Below are positions 5,697-5,813 of a stretch of DNA of 5,813 bases, piece by piece. The number at the start of each line of letters is the position of its first letter. Position 1 is the first letter of the stretch. A program made the position numbers and the translations under genes. This stretch comes from a virus (taxonomy: Duplodnaviria > Heunggongvirae > Uroviricota > Caudoviricetes). The notes beneath the pieces were generated by a model. That model was not told the origin of the DNA and ran no database searches. It saw only the letters and a program-made list of their open reading frames with translations. The stretch lies in the IMG/VR virus record IMGVR_UViG_2713897074_000004, positions 1 to 5,813 of that record; one strand, 5' to 3'.

Positions 5697-5813
5697 GGTG
5701 ATGCTGCCAACTTACTGATTTAGTGTATGATGGTGTTTTTGAGGTGCTCCAGTGGCTTCTGTTTCTATCAGCTGTCCCTCCTGTTCAGCTACTGACGGGG
5801 TGGTGCGTAACGG
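5697..5813 (+). mobile_element. IS1: IS1 terminal fragment: first 117 bp of IS1 (insA-proximal end), element body continues right of the window
   Basis: GGTGATGCTGCCAACTTACTGATTTAGTGTATGATGGTGTTTTTGAGGTGCTCCAGTGGCTTCTGTTTCTATCAGCTGTCCCTCCTGTTCAGCTACTGACGGGGTGGTGCGTAACGG recognised as the IS1 end; exact inverted copy of 1-117. Confidence 0.9.
5752..5813 (+). CDS. insA: insA 5' fragment (IS1 InsA N-terminus), cut by window edge
   Basis: GTG at 5752 then MASVSISCPSCSATDGVVRN...; runs off the window. Confidence 0.7.
   Translation, partial: MASVSISCPSCSATDGVVRN

Noticed and set aside
5258-5710. 150-aa version of the cargo ORF starting at TTG 5710
   Set aside because: The TTG lies inside the IS1 terminus (5697-5813) and has no RBS; ATG at 5686 has a GGAGG Shine-Dalgarno at optimal spacing, so the 142-aa form is preferred.
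5697-5740. Strong outward hybrid promoter from the IS1 end driving the cargo gene
   Set aside because: TTGGCA in the IS1 end is -35-like, but the only -10 candidate at proper spacing (AATGAA) is poor and overlaps the start codon, which would give a transcript lacking the RBS; kept only as a low-probability note in the findings.

Overview
This window reads as the left (attL) junction of a lambda-type prophage integrated at the canonical E. coli attB site, bounded on both sides by IS1 ends. Left to right: a 117-bp IS1 end (1-117), a 5'-truncated aconitase-family gene ybhJ (+), a REP/BIME palindrome cluster, ybhC (-), attL (B-O-P', core 3613-3627), lambda int and xis (-), the small lambda orf55 (-), one compositionally distinct 142-aa gene of unknown function (5258-5686, -), and a second 117-bp IS1 end (5697-5813). 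The only unexplained coding capacity is that 142-aa gene, which sits in the accessory slot next to xis and has IS1 inserted 10 bp upstream of its start codon. All identifications come from reading the sequence and recalling known sequences (IS1, lambda int/xis/att, E. coli ybhJ/ybhC); no database search or computation was run.
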